DNA from: Thermoanaerobaculia bacterium
GTDB lineage: Bacteria; Acidobacteriota; Thermoanaerobaculia; UBA5066
Reading direction: 5' to 3'
Assembly (NCBI GenBank): GCA_038245905.1
Contig: JBBRRY010000023.1
Span: 1-63,513 of the forward strand
DNA: 63,513 bases
Part shown: positions 28,932-39,007 of the stretch, piece by piece
How the letters are laid out: every line of letters begins with the position of its first letter
Position numbering within the stretch: the first letter of the stretch is position 1
Position numbers and translations under genes: made by a program
The notes under the pieces: generated by a model
Databases searched by the model: none
The model's input: only the letters and a program-made list of their open reading frames with translations
Told to the model about the DNA's origin: nothing

Positions 28932-31712
28932 TCAGCGCGCCAGGTTGCCGGGGAAATACACAGGATCGTTCGTCGCGTTGTCGATGGTCGTCGCGTAGGC
29001 GGCGAGAATCCCGCTGGAAGGCGTGAGCCTGATTAGGGCAGCCTTCGGCCCATTGCCCAGACCGCGGGCGCGGAAGAGGTCGTTCAGCTGCAGTCCATTC
29101 CCGGCTGGGACCGGCTGATCGAAAGAATCGAGGACGTTTCCGGTCTCGTCGAGGATTTGAACTCGAACGCCGGGGGGGCCGCCGATGTACCTGCTCAGCT
29201 GGACCAACGCGAGGTTCGTGCGAAGTGTCGGAGCGCCCGTCGGACCGAGAATCTCCAGCGTCTCCCCCGGCGTGGCGGTTTGCGAGGCGCGAAGGGGTGG
29301 CAAGGCCATTCCGTAGGTAGAGCCGTCCTCTCGGGCGGCGTAGGTGCGTGAGGTCACCAGCACACCCCCGGTCGGAAACCCACTTTCGATGTAGAGCTGC
29401 GCCACGCCGCTCCATCCGAAGAGTGTGAAGAGAACGTCCGCGACCCGTCGCGACTCGCCGGGAGCGAGGGTCACCCGGATGTACCGTTTGCTTTCAGGCT
29501 GGTCCCAAGGCGTAGCGCTCACCGAGAGAATGCGAGAAACAGGGTCGGGGTTGAACAGGAAGAGATCCGTCCGGTACTCGGCGCCGTTGGCGCCGTGAGC
29601 GTGAACGATCGCCGGAATGATGAGGCTTCCCGCCGGCGTGTCCGGGCCGAACCACGTGGGATCGTTCGTCGCGTCGTCGATGGCGATGAGCCCCGACAGG
29701 ACGCTGCCGGACCTGCTCGTGGCGCGGAATGCGGTCGGGCCGCCGGCGCCGCCGCCGGTCAGGGCGGCGAGGTCGTCGAGCTGGAACTGCCCCATTGGCG
29801 GAGCGGTGAGGGACAGCGGCCCTCCCGCAGTTCCACCCGATTGCGGCAAGAGCTGCAGCTGGGAACCACGACCTGACAGATCACTCGCGACGAAGTTGCT
29901 TCGAAAGCCGGCACCGACGAGTCCCGCCGCGAAGGTCTGCTCCAGACCAGGCCGGACACCCGCGACGACGTCCTCGGCGTCGGCCGCCATCCCATAAGTG
30001 CCGTTCCCGGAGGCGGTGTACGTCCGGCTCGTCGCCTGAATCGTGCCGGTCGCGTCGGGGATGAGCAGCAGGGCTCCCGAGCCCTGCTCGAGATGAAAGA
30101 GGCTGCCGAGAACGTCCGGGATGACGGTAAGAGTTCCAGGTCCCAGAGTCAGGCTCGCGTCGGCGGGCTGCGTCGTCGTCAAAGGATTCGCGAGAAGGCG
30201 GGCGGTGACGTGGATGTCACTCGTGCCCGGATTCCGGAGTATCGCGTCGGTCCGCCAATTCGAGCCGCCTTTTCCTGCTGCCCGTGCCACCGCCGGAATG
30301 ACGAGCTGCTGTCGAAGCGATGCCCGAACGAGGGTCTGAGTTGGAAACTCATTCGGGGCCGTCGGAGGAATCGGACTCCCGGACGGTCGAGCAATGTTCT
30401 GTGGCGATCCCGGATCGATCAAAATCGACTCGCCGTCCACAGCGGCATCGACGTCGAGATGCACGAGGGTTGCGGTACCGTAAGTGTTCAGAAGGACGGC
30501 ATCATGGGCGCGCGGGGCAGGCTGCCCCCGGCTCCAGATGGTCCAACCCAGCTCCCAAATTCCCACTGACGTCGGGCGGTACTCTTTCGTCTGCAGGAGG
30601 AAGCGCTCGCCCGAGTCTCCCGCGAAGAGGGCAGTTATCCGCGGACTAGAAGGATCGCGCCAGGACTCGACGAGACCGCCGGACGGAGTGTAGGAGCTCA
30701 GCACGGTTGCGCTGGAGTCGCTCGTCAATATCCAGGCCTGTGAAAAATCCGCGCTTGGCGCGGCAAGAAGCGCGGATCGGAACTCCGACGCGACGATCTC
30801 GCGGACCGTCCCCTGTCTGCAGAGCGTCACGGAAAAAGTCGATGGCAACGGCTGCGCACGCGGCGGGTAGAAATTTCCTCCCTGAGTCCAGTCCACGTTG
30901 AGGTAGGCGCTCCCGTCGGGCGCGATCCATCCCTCGATCCACGGAGAAAAGTCCGGAACGAGTTCGAAGAGCGGTTGCAGGTTGCCCGAAAGGTCCAGCA
31001 CCGCGACCTTGAACGTGGCGGACACGTTGGCCGGAGGCGGCGGCGAGAAAAGGCGGGCGCTGACGAGAAACTTCGTCCCGCCCAGATCGGAGCCATGGAG
31101 GGCGCCGCCCCAGGCCGGCGACAGTAGGAAACCGGAGCCGTCCGCGCGCACGCCCCAGAATCCCGATTGCGTCGCCAGGACGAACGGCACGGAAGGAGTT
31201 CCCAGCCGAATCGGAGAAGAAGAACCGCCGGCGACCGGGCCGCCGAAGTCGGCAAACCCGGGAAAACCGTAGGACTGCAACCCGGCTAGGGCCGCCACGA
31301 CGACCCACGTAACGCCACCGTCCGGACTGTAGAGAAAGTTCCCATCTGGCGCCGGGTGTCCCGCGGCGTCGACAGAGCCGTAGACGAGAATCCGCAGGCT
31401 CCCGTCGGGCCCCTCTAATGCGGCCGCTCTCGAGATGGGAGCGGGCGTGCCGCCGGGTGTGACATACCGCGGCGCCTCGACCCCCTTCGAATCGTGGATG
31501 GAAACTCGCATGAAGCTCGGAAGGCAGCCACAGGCCGCCCCATAGCTCACGAGCTCGAGGACGACCACCTGTCGCGCCGAGCGCTTCTGGACGGCGGGCA
31601 GGACCGGCCAGGCATTCACGGGAGCGGTCGGAAGAAGGCGGGCGGGCGCGTCGACCGCGCACAGAAGAAGCGCCAGGCAGACGGCTTGCCTCGCAAGCCA
31701 CGATCGGTTCAT
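28932..31712 (-). CDS. large secreted protein with an Asp-box motif and two tandem ~220-aa C-terminal repeats
   Basis: Signal peptide; YSPDGGVTW Asp-box; repeats LVIPAVARAAG..NWRTD..RNPG...TSRTY..TYGM...IDDATNDPTWF and LIIPAIVHAHG..EYRTD..FNPD...TSRTY..TYGM...IDNATNDPVYF. Start could be 31712-31754. Confidence 0.85.
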   Translation of the reverse strand: MNRSWLARQAVCLALLLCAVDAPARLLPTAPVNAWPVLPAVQKRSARQVVVLELVSYGAACGCLPSFMRVSIHDSKGVEAPRYVTPGGTPAPISRAAALEGPDGSLRILVYGSVDAAGHPAPDGNFLYSPDGGVTWVVVAALAGLQSYGFPGFADFGGPVAGGSSSPIRLGTPSVPFVLATQSGFWGVRADGSGFLLSPAWGGALHGSDLGGTKFLVSARLFSPPPPANVSATFKVAVLDLSGNLQPLFELVPDFSPWIEGWIAPDGSAYLNVDWTQGGNFYPPRAQPLPSTFSVTLCRQGTVREIVASEFRSALLAAPSADFSQAWILTSDSSATVLSSYTPSGGLVESWRDPSSPRITALFAGDSGERFLLQTKEYRPTSVGIWELGWTIWSRGQPAPRAHDAVLLNTYGTATLVHLDVDAAVDGESILIDPGSPQNIARPSGSPIPPTAPNEFPTQTLVRASLRQQLVIPAVARAAGKGGSNWRTDAILRNPGTSDIHVTARLLANPLTTTQPADASLTLGPGTLTVIPDVLGSLFHLEQGSGALLLIPDATGTIQATSRTYTASGNGTYGMAADAEDVVAGVRPGLEQTFAAGLVGAGFRSNFVASDLSGRGSQLQLLPQSGGTAGGPLSLTAPPMGQFQLDDLAALTGGGAGGPTAFRATSRSGSVLSGLIAIDDATNDPTWFGPDTPAGSLIIPAIVHAHGANGAEYRTDLFLFNPDPVSRILSVSATPWDQPESKRYIRVTLAPGESRRVADVLFTLFGWSGVAQLYIESGFPTGGVLVTSRTYAAREDGSTYGMALPPLRASQTATPGETLEILGPTGAPTLRTNLALVQLSRYIGGPPGVRVQILDETGNVLDSFDQPVPAGNGLQLNDLFRARGLGNGPKAALIRLTPSSGILAAYATTIDNATNDPVYFPGNLAR

Positions 31713-31923
31713 CCGCATGACATCCTTCCGACGCGCGTCGAGACGCTTCGTCATGAGGGAGTGTGACGTCTACGTCATCCCTCACAGCCGATGCAGATGC
31801 ATGAGAACGCGGGCCCGGAACGCCTCCTACACAACCACCCTTGTGTCCTAGAATGAAGCAGGCTCGACGATCTTCTCCGACTTTCGCTCTCGCCGCTTTC
31901 TCGTCTGGGGCGTTCTCGCCCTC

Positions 31924-33147
31924 GTGTACGTCGTGTCGTACTTCCACCGGATCGCGCCCGCGGTCCTCGCGAAGGACCTCATGGCGAGCTTCGCGGCGAC
32001 GGGAGTCGAAGTGGCGACGATGGCCGCGCTTTACCTCTATGCCTTCGCCGCGATGCAGTTCGTCGTGGGCGCGGCCGTGGACGCGTGGGGTCCGCGCCGG
32101 GCCGTTGCAGCGGGCGCGGCCGTGATGGCGGCAGGCGGCACGCTTTTCGCCGCGGCGCACGTCTTGCCCGTCGCATACGCCGCGCGGATCATCGTGGGCA
32201 CCGGCGCTTCCGTCGTCTTCATCGGGACGCTCAAGCAAGTCGGCGAGTGGTGGAAGCCGGACGAATTCGGAACGTGGTCCGGCCTCACACAGGTCGCGGG
32301 GAATCTCGGGGGACTTCTCGCCGCGGCGCCGCTGGCGCTCGCCGTCTCCCTCGTGGGCTGGCGGGCGACGTTCTCGGGCGTCGCGATGATCTCGCTCCTT
32401 CTCGCGGGTCTCTGCCTCGCCCTCGTGCGCGACCGACCCGAAGACGCGGGCTTTCCACCTCCCGCGGGCCGCGGCCCGATGCCTCGCGTCTCGGTGGTCG
32501 AGGGGTATCGCACGGTCTTCGGCAACAGGAAGACGTGGCCGATGTTCTTCGTCTTCTTCTGCCAATACGGGACGCTCTTGTCGTTTTCCGGCCTCTGGGC
32601 GGTGCCGTGGATGCGCGACGTCTACGGGATGACGTCGAAGGAATCCGCGGAGATCGTCTCGCTCGTCGGCATCGGTGTCATCTTCGGCGCGCCCGCGGCG
32701 GGGTTCCTGTCGGACAAGATTTTTCGCTCCCGTCGGGTCCCGTACATTCTGTTCACGCTCATCTACACGGTCGTCTGGGCCTGTGTGTCCCTGCCTGCCG
32801 CCGGGCCGCCTCGCGCATTTCTCGGACCGCTCTGCTTTCTCGTCGGGCTCACGGCGAGCTGTTTCACGCTCACATGGGTCCTCGCGCGCGAGGTGAACCC
32901 GCCTCGTTTCTCCGGCATCGCGACGGCCACGGTGAACGCCGGAGGCTTCCTGGGCGCCGCCATCATGCAGAACGTCCTCGGCCGCATCCTGGATGCGCGC
33001 TGGCTGGGTGTCGTCGAGAACGGAGCGCGCCGCTATCCCGCGGCGGGCTACCACGCGGCTTTCCTCGCGAGTCTCGCCATGCTCGTCCTCGCGTGCGTCC
33101 TGACGCTCGCCGTCAACGAGACTTTCGGAAAGCACGCCTCGGACTGA
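31924..33147 (+). CDS. MFS transporter
   Basis: About 12 TM helices; SYFHR.AP and G.AVD.WGPRR (motif A), GFLSDK. The reading frame continues upstream to ~31852 without a canonical start. Confidence 0.92.
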   Translation: MYVVSYFHRIAPAVLAKDLMASFAATGVEVATMAALYLYAFAAMQFVVGAAVDAWGPRRAVAAGAAVMAAGGTLFAAAHVLPVAYAARIIVGTGASVVFIGTLKQVGEWWKPDEFGTWSGLTQVAGNLGGLLAAAPLALAVSLVGWRATFSGVAMISLLLAGLCLALVRDRPEDAGFPPPAGRGPMPRVSVVEGYRTVFGNRKTWPMFFVFFCQYGTLLSFSGLWAVPWMRDVYGMTSKESAEIVSLVGIGVIFGAPAAGFLSDKIFRSRRVPYILFTLIYTVVWACVSLPAAGPPRAFLGPLCFLVGLTASCFTLTWVLAREVNPPRFSGIATATVNAGGFLGAAIMQNVLGRILDARWLGVVENGARRYPAAGYHAAFLASLAMLVLACVLTLAVNETFGKHASD

Positions 33148-33170
33148 GACTCAGCCCCTAGAATCGCCCC

Positions 33171-35771
33171 ATGACGCGACGCTCCCTCCACCGCCGTATG
33201 GCGGCCTTCGTTCTCGTCCTCGTCCTCGCGGTCCCGGCCAACGTTCTCCTGGCCGCCGCCCCGGCCGAAACTCCGAACGCCGCCGAGATCCGCCTCGCCC
33301 TCGCGAAGCTGAACGTCGTCGGCGGAGTCCTCTACGTCGCGGCCCACCCCGACGACGAGAACACGGCATTCCTCGCGTGGGCCTCGCGCGAGAAGCTCGT
33401 GGACGCGGGTTATCTGTCGATGACGCGCGGCGACGGCGGACAGAACCTGATCGGCACCGAGGCCGGCGAGCTGATGGGTGTCCTGCGCACGCAGGAGCTC
33501 CTCGCCGCGCGCCGCCTCGACGGCGCTAAGCAATTCTTCTCCCGGGCGATCGACTTCGGCTATTCGAAGAGTCCCGAGGAGACGCTCGGGATCTGGGGGC
33601 GGGAGCAGGTACTCGCCGACACCGTTCGGGTCATTCGCACGTTCCGGCCGGACGTGATCGTGACGCGCTTCCCGTCGACGGGCGAGGGCGGACACGGCCA
33701 CCACACCGCGTCGGCCATCCTCGCCGAGGAGGCGTTCAAGGCCGCCGGCGATCCTTCGCGCTTCCCCGAACAGCTAAAGGCGCTGACGCCCTGGCAGCCG
33801 AAGCGGCTCCTGTGGAACGTGTTCCGCTTCGGCGGCGACACCCCGCGCAAGGAAGTGCCGGGGCAGGTCACGGCCAATCTCGGGGGGTATAACGCGCTCC
33901 TCGGGCGCTCCTACACGGAGATCGCCGCGCTCAGCCGCTCCATGCACAAGAGCCAGGGCTTCGGCTCGGCGGAGCGCCGCGGTACGTGGCTGAACGACTT
34001 CAAGAACATCGCGGGCGCGCCGGCGGAAAAGGATCTCTTCGAAGGCATCGATCTCACGTGGGCAAGATACGGAACGAAAGGCGAAGAGATCGGAAGGATT
34101 CTTAGAAAGGTGGAAGAGGGATTTCGCGCAGTGGACCCGGCAGCCTCGGTCCCAGGGCTCGTCGAGGCGTGGACGGCAATCGCGCGGCTCGCCGAGTCGT
34201 CGAGCGACTCCCTCTCTTCACCTTCTAAGAAATCCCCCGATCCCCTCCTCCTCCGAAAGCAAGACGATCTTGCGGACGCAATTCGCGCATGTCTCGGCCT
34301 CTGGGTCGAGGCGATCGCAAGCGAGCCAACCGCCATGCCAGGCGCGACCCTGAAGGTCGCGACGATGATTCTGAATCGCTCGTCCCGCCCCGCGACGCTG
34401 GAGTCCGTTTCGGTGACGTTCGCCGAGCCGCCTGGCACGGGAGGCGCTGGCTCCGCTCTCGCGGTAAATGAGCCGCTGCGCCGCGAGATCGCGCTGACTC
34501 TTCCCGCGGACGCCGCCACGACCCAGCCCTACTGGCTCTCGGAGCGTCCGGGCAAGGGCCTCTTCACGGTGTCCGACACGTCCCTCATCGGCTCGCCCGA
34601 AAACCCGCCCGCGCTCGTCGCGCGCTTTACGGTGAACGTCTCAGGCGCGTCGATTCCCTTCGTCGCCCCCGTCGTCTTCCGCCGCACGGATCCCGTCAAG
34701 GGCGAGATCTACCGGCCGTTCGTGATCACGCCGCCCGTGATGGCGACGTTCGACGAGAAGGTCTATGCGTTCGGATCGGCCCAGCCGAAAAAGGTGCGCG
34801 TCACGTTGACGAGCGGCGGCGCCACGGCGGGGATTCTCCGTCTCAGGACGGAAGCGGGCTTTTTGGCTTCGCCCGCCGAGATCCCGTTCACGTTCGCGGC
34901 GCGCGGCGAGGAGCGCGCGCTCGTCTTCACGGTGACGCCGCCTTCCGGCGCCGCCGTCACGGCGGCGTCCACGATCGCGGCCGAAGCCGTCGTGAACGGG
35001 AAGGTGTTCTCGAAGGGAATCGTGCGTGTCGACTATCCGCACATTCCTCTCCAGACGCTCTTCCCGCCTGCCGAAGCCCGCGCCCTGAGGCTCGACGTGA
35101 AAGCCCCCCAGGCCCCCGTCGGCTACGTCATGGGCTCCGGCGACGAAGTGCCCGACGCGCTCCGGCAGATGGGGTACACGGTGACGCTCCTCTCGGACGA
35201 CGAGCTCGAGAACGGCGACCTCTCCCGGTACGCCGCGATCGTGACGGGGATCCGCGCCTACAACACGCGTCCCCGCCTGAAGCTCGCTGAGGCGCGCTTG
35301 ATGGAGTACGTCGAGAGAGGCGGCACGGTCGTCGCGCAATACAACACGACGGGCGACCTCGTCACGGAACAGCTCGGGCCGTATCCCTTCAAGCTCTCGC
35401 GCGACCGGGTGACGGTCGAGGAAGCGCCCGTCCGGTTCCTCAGCCCTTCGAGCTCGCTCCTCACTTTTCCGAACCGGCTCACGTCCGCCGACTTCGACGG
35501 CTGGGTCCAGGAACGCGGTCTCTATTTCGCCGGGACATGGGACCCTCGATACGAAACCGTGATCGAGAGCCACGATCCGGGCGAAGGCGAGAAGCCCGGC
35601 GGCCTCCTGTACGCGAGGCACGGCAAGGGCGCGTTCGTCTACACGGGCTACGCCTTCTTCCGGCAGCTGCCGGCCGGCGTGCCCGGGGCGTATCGCCTTT
35701 TCGTAAACCTCGTCTCCGCCGGCGCGGGCGCGCGCCTCAAGACGACCGCACCCGGGCCCCCCACCCGGTGA
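33171..35771 (+). CDS. secreted LmbE/PIG-L family multidomain deacetylase
   Basis: AAHPDDE, TRGDGGQN, DFGYSK, GHGHH; C-terminal GIRAYN...DFDGWVQERGLYF...FFRQLPAGVPGAYRLF. Confidence 0.92.
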   Translation: MTRRSLHRRMAAFVLVLVLAVPANVLLAAAPAETPNAAEIRLALAKLNVVGGVLYVAAHPDDENTAFLAWASREKLVDAGYLSMTRGDGGQNLIGTEAGELMGVLRTQELLAARRLDGAKQFFSRAIDFGYSKSPEETLGIWGREQVLADTVRVIRTFRPDVIVTRFPSTGEGGHGHHTASAILAEEAFKAAGDPSRFPEQLKALTPWQPKRLLWNVFRFGGDTPRKEVPGQVTANLGGYNALLGRSYTEIAALSRSMHKSQGFGSAERRGTWLNDFKNIAGAPAEKDLFEGIDLTWARYGTKGEEIGRILRKVEEGFRAVDPAASVPGLVEAWTAIARLAESSSDSLSSPSKKSPDPLLLRKQDDLADAIRACLGLWVEAIASEPTAMPGATLKVATMILNRSSRPATLESVSVTFAEPPGTGGAGSALAVNEPLRREIALTLPADAATTQPYWLSERPGKGLFTVSDTSLIGSPENPPALVARFTVNVSGASIPFVAPVVFRRTDPVKGEIYRPFVITPPVMATFDEKVYAFGSAQPKKVRVTLTSGGATAGILRLRTEAGFLASPAEIPFTFAARGEERALVFTVTPPSGAAVTAASTIAAEAVVNGKVFSKGIVRVDYPHIPLQTLFPPAEARALRLDVKAPQAPVGYVMGSGDEVPDALRQMGYTVTLLSDDELENGDLSRYAAIVTGIRAYNTRPRLKLAEARLMEYVERGGTVVAQYNTTGDLVTEQLGPYPFKLSRDRVTVEEAPVRFLSPSSSLLTFPNRLTSADFDGWVQERGLYFAGTWDPRYETVIESHDPGEGEKPGGLLYARHGKGAFVYTGYAFFRQLPAGVPGAYRLFVNLVSAGAGARLKTTAPGPPTR

Positions 35772-35778
35772 GAGCCCG

Positions 35779-37485
35779 CTGACTCCCCTCGACTGGGCCG
35801 TTCTCGCGGGCTCGCTCGCGTTCATCGTCGGCTTCGGCGTGTGGAAGAACCACCGCTGCGAGACGCTTCACGGATACCTCCTCGCGAACCAGTCGGCGCG
35901 CTGGTACACGGTGCTCGTCTCGATCATGGCGACGCAGGCGAGCGCTATCACGTTCCTGTCGACGCCGGGCCAGGCCTACGCCGACGGCATGCGTTTCGTA
36001 CAGTTCTACTTCGGGCTCCCGTTCGCCATGATCGTCCTCGCGATCACGGCCGTTCCGCTCTACCACCGGCTGCGCGTCTTCACGGCCTACGAGTTCCTCG
36101 AGAAGCGGTTCGACCTCAAGACGCGCACGTTCGCGACGCTGCTCTTCCTCGTCTCGCGCGGCCTGTCGACCGGCATCTCCATCTACGCGACGTCCCTCGT
36201 CCTCTCGGTCCTCCTCGGTTGGTCGCTGCCGCTGACAAACCTCGTGATCGGCGGGCTCGTCGTCGTCTACACGACGTCCGGGGGCTCGAGAGCCGTGAAC
36301 TGGACGCAGTCGTGGCAGTTTCTGATCGCGATCGGCGGCATGATCGTGGCGCTCGTCGTCATCGTTCGCTCGCTGCCCGAGGCCGTCTCGCTCGCGGGTG
36401 CGACGCGCGTCGCGGACCAGCTCGGGCGGCTCAACGTCGTGGACTTCCGGTTCGACCTGACGAACCGCTACAACTTCTGGTCCGGCCTCGTCGGCGGCTT
36501 CTTCCTGTCGCTTGCGTACTTCGGGACGGACCAGTCGCAGGTGGGGCGTTACCTCGGCGGCCGCTCCGTCGAAGAGAGCCGCCTCGGCCTCCTCGTCAAC
36601 GGCCTGCTCAAGGTCCCGATGCAGTTCTTCATCCTGTTCGTCGGCGCGATGGTCTTCGTCTTCTACCAGTTCGTGGCCCCGCCCGTTCTCTTCAATCCGG
36701 CGCCTCTCGCAAGGCTTCGGAGCGGCCCGCATGCGAGAGAGCTCCTCGCGATCGAGTCGCGCCACCGGGTGGCGTTCGAGACGCGCCGCGTCGCGGCCGA
36801 GACGTTCGTGCGAGCGGAAAGGGGACACGAAGCCGCCACCGCCGCCGCGGGTGAAGCCCTGCGCGCCGCGGACGGTTCGTACGCCGCCGTAAGGGCCGAG
36901 GCCGTGGCCCTCGTAAAGGCGCACGACCTCCCTGCCGACGCGAACGACACGAACTACGTCTTTCTGTCCTTCGTCCTCGCCCACCTGCCGACGGGCCTCG
37001 TCGGCCTCATCCTCGCCGTCGTCTTCGCGGCGTCGATGTCGTCGAATTCCGCGGCCCTCAACTCGCTGGCCTCGACCTCCGTCGTGGATGTCTACGTGCG
37101 TCTCGTGAGGAAGAACCGCAAGGACGCCCACTACCTCCTGGTGTCGCGAATCGCCACCGCGCTCTGGGGCGTGTTCTCGATCTCGGTCGCGATGTTCGCG
37201 AACCGCGTCGGCACCCTCATCGAGGCCGTGAACATTCTCGGCTCGCTCTTTTACGGCACGATGCTCGGCATCTTCCTCGTCGCGTTCTACCTGCCCCGGG
37301 TGCGCGGCACCCCGGTCTTCGCGGGCGGCATCGTCGGCCTCGCCTCCGTGTGGGCCTGCTTCGCCTTCACGAGGCTGAGCTACCTGTGGTTCAACGTCGT
37401 CGGGTGCGTCGTCGTGATCGGCGTGGCGCTTGCGCTGAGCGCCGTTACTTCTTCCACTCCGCGATCTTCTTCTCCAGCGCCGTGA
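35779..37485 (+). CDS. sodium:solute symporter family protein
   Basis: ATQASAITFLSTPG, TAYEFLEKRF, GG..AV.WT, YFGTDQSQV.RYL, AASMSS; the frame extends to CTG 35779 (LTPLDWAVL, first TM). Confidence 0.93.
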   Translation: MTPLDWAVLAGSLAFIVGFGVWKNHRCETLHGYLLANQSARWYTVLVSIMATQASAITFLSTPGQAYADGMRFVQFYFGLPFAMIVLAITAVPLYHRLRVFTAYEFLEKRFDLKTRTFATLLFLVSRGLSTGISIYATSLVLSVLLGWSLPLTNLVIGGLVVVYTTSGGSRAVNWTQSWQFLIAIGGMIVALVVIVRSLPEAVSLAGATRVADQLGRLNVVDFRFDLTNRYNFWSGLVGGFFLSLAYFGTDQSQVGRYLGGRSVEESRLGLLVNGLLKVPMQFFILFVGAMVFVFYQFVAPPVLFNPAPLARLRSGPHARELLAIESRHRVAFETRRVAAETFVRAERGHEAATAAAGEALRAADGSYAAVRAEAVALVKAHDLPADANDTNYVFLSFVLAHLPTGLVGLILAVVFAASMSSNSAALNSLASTSVVDVYVRLVRKNRKDAHYLLVSRIATALWGVFSISVAMFANRVGTLIEAVNILGSLFYGTMLGIFLVAFYLPRVRGTPVFAGGIVGLASVWACFAFTRLSYLWFNVVGCVVVIGVALALSAVTSSTPRSSSPAP

Positions 37486-38296
37486 CCGCCTCGAGCGATG
37501 GCTTCTGCTCGGCAGCCGCGCCGGCAGCCAGCGCCTTCTCGGCTGCCGCGACGGCATCCTTCTTCTTTCCTTCGGCGGCAAGGGCGTTCGCCTTCACGGA
37601 CAGGTTGCCGAACGTGGCCTTCGTGGCGATGGACTTGTCGAGCCACGTGCCCGCGTCGTCGAGCGCGTACTTGTTGTCGTAGAGGTAACGCGCCGCGACG
37701 AGCGGGGTCTGCCAGTCGTCCGCCTTTGCCTTCGCGACCGCGTCCTTCGCGTTCGCGAGGAACCGTCCCTTCGTGTCGACGGCGATCGTCACGGACACGC
37801 GCAGCTTCTCCCAGGTGAACGCGAGCGTGGCGCCGTCCGAGGTCACCGCCGGGAAGCCGATCGTGAAGAGCTCCGTCATCTCGGACGCGACGGGCTTGAC
37901 CTTGACGCGTAGGGCGTCCTTCTCGGCCACGTGGTCGGGGCCGCCCGTCGAGACCGTGTTGAAGATGACCGTCCACTCGGTCTTGCCCGGAAGCGTGTAG
38001 ATGCTGTACGCGCCCGCTGCGAGCTTCTGGCCTTCCACCATGACGTCCCCGTCGAACGTGATCTTCGTGACCGCGTTCGCACCGGTGCGCCAGACCTTGT
38101 CGTACGGCACGAGCTCGCCCCAGATCGTCCGGCCCCTCACGGACGGACGGCTGTAAACGACTTCGATCTTCGTCACGCCCACCGTCTGTGAGACTGTCGC
38201 ATTCGGGCTCGGCAGGGGTGTCGCGAGCTGCCCCACGGCGGGCGCGGCGGCGACCGCGAGAGCGGCGAGGACAGTAGAAAAACGGCCTGATTTCAT
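37445..38296 (-). CDS. DUF2911 family secreted protein with TPR-like C-terminus
   Basis: SPNATVSQTVG.T.I.V.YSRPSVRGR.IWG.LVPY..VWRTGAN; AGGAG RBS. Confidence 0.92.
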   Translation of the reverse strand: MKSGRFSTVLAALAVAAAPAVGQLATPLPSPNATVSQTVGVTKIEVVYSRPSVRGRTIWGELVPYDKVWRTGANAVTKITFDGDVMVEGQKLAAGAYSIYTLPGKTEWTVIFNTVSTGGPDHVAEKDALRVKVKPVASEMTELFTIGFPAVTSDGATLAFTWEKLRVSVTIAVDTKGRFLANAKDAVAKAKADDWQTPLVAARYLYDNKYALDDAGTWLDKSIATKATFGNLSVKANALAAEGKKKDAVAAAEKALAAGAAAEQKPSLEAVTALEKKIAEWKK

Positions 38297-38383
38297 AGTT
38301 TTTTTCTCCTTGAGATCCGGACGCGATTCTAGGGGAGATATGATCTGCCCGCCAAATATCGCGAAACCAAGGAGGCCCGCTTC

Positions 38384-39007
38384 GTGAAGATCAGCCGTCT
38401 CGTCCCCTGCGCCCTCGCCCTCACCATTCTCGGGGCCTCATCCGCCCTCGCCCAGGCACCCGCGGCCGGCCCGCCCGGCTTCCGCGGCGAGTTCCTTGCC
38501 CAGCAGGACCGCGTCGAGAAGGAAATTCTTGGTCTCGCCGAGGCGACGCCGGCCGACAAATACTCCTGGCGGCCCGCGCCCGGCGTTCGTTCGATCGCCG
38601 AGGTCTTCACGCACATCGTCGGCGGGAATTACGGCATCACGGGTTTCGCGGGCATCAAGCCTCCCGCCGGGTTGGATATGGAGGCAATGCAGAAGATGGA
38701 GAAGAGCGTCACGGAGAAGGCGAGGGTGATCGAGGAGCTCAAGAAGTCGTTCGCGCACCTGCGCGCCGGAATCGCTTCCATGCCCGACGCGGACCTCGAC
38801 AAGCCCGCGAAGTTCTTCGGAAGCGATACGACCGTGCGCGGCATCCTCCTCGTCGCCGCGAACCACGAGCACGAGCATCTGGGTCAGTCCATCGCGTACG
38901 CGCGCATGAACGGCATCGTCCCGCCCTGGGCTGCCGAACAGCAGCGGATGATGAAGGAGATGATGGAGAAGATGGAGAAAAAGCCGGCTGCCCCCGCCGC
39001 GAAGTGA
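38384..39007 (+). CDS. DinB family protein with signal peptide
   Basis: YSWRPAPGVRSIAEVFTH, HEHEHLGQSIAYARMNGIVPPW; AAGGAGG RBS. Confidence 0.9.
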   Translation: MKISRLVPCALALTILGASSALAQAPAAGPPGFRGEFLAQQDRVEKEILGLAEATPADKYSWRPAPGVRSIAEVFTHIVGGNYGITGFAGIKPPAGLDMEAMQKMEKSVTEKARVIEELKKSFAHLRAGIASMPDADLDKPAKFFGSDTTVRGILLVAANHEHEHLGQSIAYARMNGIVPPWAAEQQRMMKEMMEKMEKKPAAPAAK

